Origin: an uncultured Phycisphaeraceae bacterium
Lineage (GTDB): Bacteria > Planctomycetota > Phycisphaerae > Phycisphaerales > Phycisphaeraceae
DNA length: 24,000 nt
Assembly: GCA_963799335.1 (NCBI GenBank)
Contig: CAWCWR010000005.1
Span: 75,580-99,579 of the forward strand
Reading direction: 5' to 3'
Position 1 is the stretch's first letter; the number at the start of each line of letters is the position of its first letter. This document shows, in pieces, positions 17,354-24,000 of the stretch. The notes under the pieces were generated by a model. It was not told the origin of the DNA and made no database searches. It saw only the letters and a list, made by a program, of their open reading frames with translations. The translations under genes were made by a program, and so were the position numbers.

Positions 17354-17889
17354 ATGCTCATGCCCCGGATTGTGTTGAATCGCGTCACGACGAGCCGCCG
17401 GGTTTCTCGCGGGGCGGCGGCGATGGGCCTGGCGATTCTCGTTGCCGCCTGTTCGGACCCGGACTTTGCCACCGAGGCAGAGGTATTGTCCTACCTTAAC
17501 CAAACCCGCACGACCGCCGATCAGGATGAACTGCAAAAGCAGGGCGCCGGCTGTTTCTTCGTCACAGTTGTCATAACTGCCACGGCACCAATCTCAACGG
17601 CAACCTCAACATCGCCCCCCGCCTCCGCGGGCTCTACCTCGAACCCGTCAAGCTGATCGACGGCCAAGAACTGTTCCGTGACCCGGCTTACATTGCCCGC
17701 AGTATCCTGCGTTCTCGAGAGCAAATCGTGGCGGGTTACCGCCAGCCCATGTCCAGCTACGGGCACCTCCCGGCCGAGGATGTCGCGGCCATCATGGCTT
17801 ATCTGCACCGCTACTCCCCCCCGCCCACGGGGGTGAACGACCCCCTAACGCCTGCCGAAGCTGCAGCCCCGGTTGCCGCCGATCCGTAA
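17354..17889 (+). CDS. Lipoprotein c-type cytochrome (mono-haem, class I-like), ~178 aa; one net -1 frame break ~17550
   Basis: ORF 17339..17656 gives 'MLMPRIVLNRVTTSRRVSRGAAAMGLAILVAAC' (lipobox VAAC), then looks out of frame after '...ELQKQGAG'. The adjacent frame reads 'LFLRHSCHNCHGTNLNG...GYRQPMSSYGHLPAEDVAAIMAYLHRY...*' with a CxxCH haem site and a distal Met, and stops at TAA 17887-17889. Start choice (17339 GTG / 17354 / 17360 ATG) is uncertain. Confidence 0.7.
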
Positions 17890-18094
17890 TCGGCAGTGAA
17901 ACGTTCAGGTTCACCCCAGTTTCCAACCGATAAACCCGGATAAGACCCCCGACGTTTGGTCGTCCGCGCTGCCCTCCGTGTGGCACCGAGATTGCAACCT
18001 GTACCCATGGCTGACTCACGCTCGATCCTGAGACACACCCTCTCTTGAACCTTGATCAAACGTGCGACACGCTCTCGAACCGCTGGGCACGCGC

Positions 18095-18100
18095 TATAAT
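18095..18100 (+). promoter_or_regulatory. Perfect -10 hexamer TATAAT, 42 nt upstream of the clpC ATG (candidate clpC promoter)
   Basis: gcgcTATAATcacg read directly in otherwise GC-rich DNA. No convincing -35 at 16-18 nt (CTCTCG/TCTCGA), so this is only a candidate. Confidence 0.4.
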
Positions 18101-18141
18101 CACGCAGCGACGCCCTCACCACTTACGCAAAGCGAGAACCC

Positions 18142-20718
<2,577 letters not shown>

Positions 20719-20751
20719 AGTTCGGCACTTTGCTGAGATAAACTTTTACAG

Positions 20752-20782
20752 AAACCCGTCCCATCTTTGGGGCGGGTTTTTT
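20752..20782 (+). terminator. Rho-independent terminator of clpC
   Basis: ACCCGTCCC (20754-62), 6-nt loop ATCTTT, GGGGCGGGT (20769-77; 9 bp with one G-U), followed by a T6 run to 20782. It begins 34 nt after the clpC TAA (20716-18). Confidence 0.85.
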
Positions 20783-20802
20783 AGTGGGGAATTTAGCTGA
20801 AA

Positions 20803-20822
20803 TTGAACTTCCGGTAATTCAA
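20803..20822. promoter_or_regulatory. 20-bp near-palindrome TTGAACTTCCGGTAATTCAA (8 of 10 pairs) in the low-GC region upstream of the HDOD-GGDEF gene; candidate operator
   Basis: Read directly; the TTGAA...TTCAA arms surround a CCGG centre. No known regulator is assigned. Confidence 0.25.
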
Positions 20823-21006
20823 AGTTCCGTGAGACTGAAATCTAGTCGGAACCTCTTAAGTGACTCCGGTGTTTGCCCGAAGTATTGGGTGACGGTCAAC
20901 TTCCCCGCTGAGTGGGAACAACTATGAGTGCCGTTGCCGGTTCGTCGATCCGTAGACCGACCGGTCTTGCTTCACACACTTGCCCGGGGGGGTAAGTCAC
21001 CATCTC

Positions 21007-22523
21007 ATGAATGAGCAGCTTCTCGAACGCGTCCTCAAATCACCGCGGCTGCCCAGCCTGCCGACGATCGCCCTCGAGGTGATCGAACTGGTTCAGCGAA
21101 AAAACGTCGATATCAAGCAGATCGCCGATACGATCAAGATGGACCCGGCGTTGTCCAGCAAGATCCTTAAAACCGTGAACTCCAGTTTCTACGGCCAGGC
21201 TTACTCGATCTCCACGGTCAGCCATGCGTTGGTCGTGCTGGGTCTCAATAGCGTCAAGACCCTCGCGCTGGGCTTCAGCCTCGTCAATAACCTCGCGGAT
21301 CAGGGCGGCGACGGCTTTGACCACATGGATTACTGGAAACGGTCGTTGTTTACCGCTACCGCCAGCAAAGCCTTGGCCCAGAAGTCCGGCCTCATGCAGC
21401 AGGAAGAAGCTTTTCTCGGCGGGCTGCTCCAAGACCTGGGTATGCTCACGATGAACCAGACGCTGGGTAATGAATACAACCGGTTGATCGCCAAAACCAA
21501 AAATGTGCACGGCGACCTACTGGCTATGGAAAACGACGTACTCAAGCTTACCCACCCGGTGGTCGGCGAAGCGCTGGCCAATTCGTGGAGCCTGCCGACG
21601 TTACTGACCAACGCGATTCGCTATCACCACACTCCCGACGAGTCGGGGGAACACGCTCGGCCGTTGGTGTATTGCGTGGCGTTGGGCAACCTCGTGGCCG
21701 ACATCTTCATGCTCGGAGATACCGAGTCCGGCCAAGCCCTGGACAAGTACAAGCACAAGGCCGTCGAATGGTGCGGGCTGGCGGAGAACGAAGCCGAGCC
21801 GATGCTCAAAGCCATCCACAAGCAGACTAAGGAAATGCAGCGCCTCTTCGATTTGCCCACCGGCCAACTGGGCAACGCCGACGAAATCCTCGCCTCCGCC
21901 AATGAAGCGCTGATGTCCATCACCATGCAGGCCCACCAGCAATCCAGCCAACTCGAGCAGCAAGCCAAGGACCTGCAGATCGCCAACGAGACGTTGGAAA
22001 ATAAAGCCTACACCGATCAACTGACCGGCAGTAGCAACCGCCGGGCGTTTGACGAATTTGTCTCCGAGCAATACGACCAAGCCACCGCCGACGCGCCGGT
22101 AACGATCCTATTCATGGACATCGACAAGTTCAAAGTGTTCAACGATACACACGGCCACGCCATCGGCGACGAAGTGCTGATCAAGTTTGCCCAGGTCCTC
22201 GAAAAAGTCACCGGCGATAAGGGCCGGGTGTTCCGCTACGGCGGTGAGGAATACGCGATCATCTGCCCCGCCACCACCCGGCTCGAAGGAGCAAAGTTTG
22301 CCGAGCACGTCCGCGCCACCGTCCAGGCGGATTGCAAGATTAAAAAAGACGACGGCACCGTCCTTGGCGTCACCGCGTCCATCGGCGTCGCCTGCCATGA
22401 AGGCGACACCTTCCGCAGCGCCAGATCATGATCAAAGCCAGCGACAAAGGCGTCTACGCCGCCAAAGAAGGCGGCCGCAACTGCGTCCGCGTCTTCACCC
22501 CCCGCAAGAAAGTCGCGGCCTGA
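21007..22523 (+). CDS. HDOD domain / coiled coil / GGDEF diguanylate cyclase (~505 aa); one net -1 frame break ~22417-22424
   Basis: ORF 20980..22431 (ATG 21007 'MNEQLLERVL' preferred over TTG 20980). HDOD region 'LPSLPTIALEVIELVQRKNVDIKQIADTIKMDPALSSKILKTVNSSFYG...VSHALVVLGLNSVKTLALGFSLV'. Gln/Leu-rich coiled coil. GGDEF region 'YTDQLTGSSNRRAFDE...ILFMDIDKFKVFNDTHGHAIGDEVL...RYGGEEYAII...TASIGVA' with an active-site GGEEY. The usual C-terminal 'IKASDKGVYAAKEGGRNCVRVF...*' sits in the adjacent frame and ends at TGA 22521-23. Confidence 0.85.
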
Positions 22524-22560
22524 GTGTTGCCCGGTGTTACTGCCCAGCTATCATCTTTAC

Positions 22561-22794
22561 ATGACCGTGCAGACCTTCCGAGAAATTTTGGCTGCCCGAC
22601 CTTTCAAGCCCTTTCGATTGATGATGTCCAGCGGCCAAAGCTACGAAGTCCGACACCCTGAGATGGCGTTCCTCACTCGCTCCGACATGCTGATCGGGAT
22701 CGACGTGGAAGATGGTATCCCCGCAGAATTCAAAATCTGTTCTCTGCTGCACGTGAAGACTATCGAACCGCTCGATCTCGCCGCCGCGGCTTAG
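22561..22794 (+). CDS. Small hypothetical protein, 77 aa
   Basis: ORF 22534..22794, with ATG 22561 ('MTVQTFREILAARPFKPFRLMMSSGQSYEVRHPEMAFLTRSDMLIGIDVEDG...') preferred. The composition is protein-like and it starts 38 nt after the GGDEF stop. No family is recognised with confidence. Confidence 0.45.
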   Translation: MTVQTFREILAARPFKPFRLMMSSGQSYEVRHPEMAFLTRSDMLIGIDVEDGIPAEFKICSLLHVKTIEPLDLAAAA

Positions 22795-22876
22795 CCGCTC
22801 GGCAGGGGGAGTGCATGGTCGCGATTGAAATGTTTCTGGGAATCGGTATCCGTGATCTCTTCAAAATCAACATTGA

Positions 22877-24000
22877 CTAATTTCGGACGTAGACTTCGTA
22901 GGTGTAGGTGAGGGTTTGGCTGTGGTCTTGGCCGGGTTTGACCTCGAGTTGCCAGAGGAGTTGGGAGCGGGGGTTGACGCGGCGGAGGCCGGTGGCGAGT
23001 TTGGTGACGTCGGGGTTGCCGTCGGTTTGCGTTACTTCGCCGCTGACGGATTTCTGGATGCTGACGGTAACCGGTTCGGTTTTATAGTTGGTGACTTTGA
23101 GTTCACCGCGGATGGTGACTTTGTCGTAGTTGTAGCCGTAGAACTTGGTGGCGTTGCGTTCGCGTTGGGCTTCCTGTTCGTTCTGCTCGACGCGTACGGC
23201 GAGGGCCTGGGTGATCTTGAGGTCGGTGGAGGTGCCGGGGGTGGTGTAGTGGAGGGTGTCCTGCCCGAGGAGTCGGCCACCCTGGGTGGTCTGGCCGGGC
23301 GCGGTGGTCCAGGGGCGGTCGGTGGTATTTTTCAGGCGGACGGCGTGCCAGACGATCTCCTCGCGGGGTTGCTCGTCGTTGTTGTTGCGGTAGCGGTTGT
23401 CTTCGTCGATGAAGTCGGGGATCTCCCAGGTGTAGCAATGGCTGTAGGGCACCTGGGCGGCAAAGAGGGGGAAGTAGCCGCGATCGCCTTTGGCCAAGGT
23501 GACGGCGGGGACCTGGTAGAAGTAGAGGTCCTCGGCGGCTTCGCCGAGGACGGGGTCGGTGGGCATGTTGGGGCTGTCACCAAAAGTTCCGCCCCCGCCG
23601 CCCCCGCCACCTCCGCCATAGCCCCGGGCGGTATTGCTTAAGGCTTGGGTGAGGGCGAATTGCGGTGCATCTCGGCCGTTTGATTCGCGGAATCCAGCCA
23701 GGAATTGCGTTAGTGGATCAAGCGAGAGGCCAAAATCGAGACCGGCATACTGCAGATGCGGGTAGCCGGTGATGAGTTCGACGTGGGTATCACGGAGGTC
23801 CAGCAGGTCGTTGATGATGATGGCTTTGGCGGAGATGCGGGCGTGGTCGGGGTCGGAAATATCGACGCGGTAGCTGGGCGACCAGGTGATGCCCGCGGCG
23901 GTGTATTCGAGTTGGAGCCGAGCTTCTTCGGGTTTGTCGGCGCTGCCGGTCAAAGTCAGGTCGAGTACGGGTTCGCGGCGGGTGTGGTTGAAGTCCAGCG
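22877..24000 (-). CDS. DUF4139-like (MuiA-type) protein, C-terminal ~374 codons; the N-terminus lies beyond the window edge
   Basis: ORF 22877..23953 stays open upstream to position 24000 (no stop before the tracked TTG). 'LEYTAAGITWSPSYRVDI...ISAKAIIINDLLDLRDTHVELITGYP' resembles the DUF4139 core pattern as recalled from memory. It contains a 10-Gly run (codons ~23589-23618). Confidence 0.5.
   Translation of the reverse strand, partial: LDFNHTRREPVLDLTLTGSADKPEEARLQLEYTAAGITWSPSYRVDISDPDHARISAKAIIINDLLDLRDTHVELITGYPHLQYAGLDFGLSLDPLTQFLAGFRESNGRDAPQFALTQALSNTARGYGGGGGGGGGGTFGDSPNMPTDPVLGEAAEDLYFYQVPAVTLAKGDRGYFPLFAAQVPYSHCYTWEIPDFIDEDNRYRNNNDEQPREEIVWHAVRLKNTTDRPWTTAPGQTTQGGRLLGQDTLHYTTPGTSTDLKITQALAVRVEQNEQEAQRERNATKFYGYNYDKVTIRGELKVTNYKTEPVTVSIQKSVSGEVTQTDGNPDVTKLATGLRRVNPRSQLLWQLEVKPGQDHSQTLTYTYEVYVRN

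Noticed and set aside
20924-20995. 23-codon upstream ORF (MSAVAGSSIRRPTGLASHTCPGG*) ending 11 nt before the HDOD-GGDEF start
   Set aside because: It has no RBS, no recognisable leader-peptide logic and unremarkable composition. It is too short to distinguish from chance.
22795-22876. Expected a bidirectional terminator between the convergent small ORF and the DUF4139-like gene
   Set aside because: Only weak 4-5 bp stems could be drawn (for example CGATT...AATCG) and there is no T-tract, so nothing is supportable.
23589-23618. GC-rich repeat encoding a 10-glycine run inside the DUF4139-like gene, considered as a slippage or phase-variation tract
   Set aside because: The codons are mixed (GGC/GGG/GGA/GGT) rather than a pure repeat, and the run stays in frame. 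It is most simply a flexible low-complexity linker.

Overview
High-GC (roughly 60-65% by eye) bacterial chromosome segment. The protein signatures (ClpC N-terminus, several prepilin-type proteins with long basic leaders, HDOD-GGDEF, a DUF4139-like protein) look Planctomycetota-like, but the taxon cannot be verified here.

About two thirds of the window (622-16050, minus strand) is one co-directional type II secretion / type IV pilus-like cluster. Its gene order is:
- a pilB/gspE-like ATPase
- pilT
- a second gspE-like ATPase
- the gspF platform protein
- a gspG-like major pseudopilin
- four more prepilin-type proteins of increasing and unusually large size (~339, ~371, 580 and ~1,230 aa; the last is GspK-like)
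- a translationally coupled HIT hydrolase

No secretin, GspC/L/M, PilM/N/O/P or prepilin peptidase lies in the window. The pseudopilin cistrons are separated by 68-137 nt spacers built from poly-C tracts in the mRNA (poly-G on the + strand).

The right third carries these + strand genes: a PDZ protein, a lipoprotein c-type cytochrome, clpC (perfect -10 box, textbook intrinsic terminator), an HDOD-GGDEF diguanylate cyclase and a small ORF. A convergent DUF4139-like gene then runs off the window edge.

Major caveat: at least 36 single-base reading-frame breaks (about 30 net +1, 6 net -1) interrupt 10 genes. They are very unevenly spread: 11 in clpC, 16 in the gspE/pilB/gspF genes, and none across ~5 kb of the giant pseudopilin genes. 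I read most of them as sequence or assembly indels rather than real decay. Features typed 'pseudogene' are typed that way only because the frame is broken several times in the sequence as given.

No rRNA, tRNA, CRISPR array, transposase or integrase was seen.
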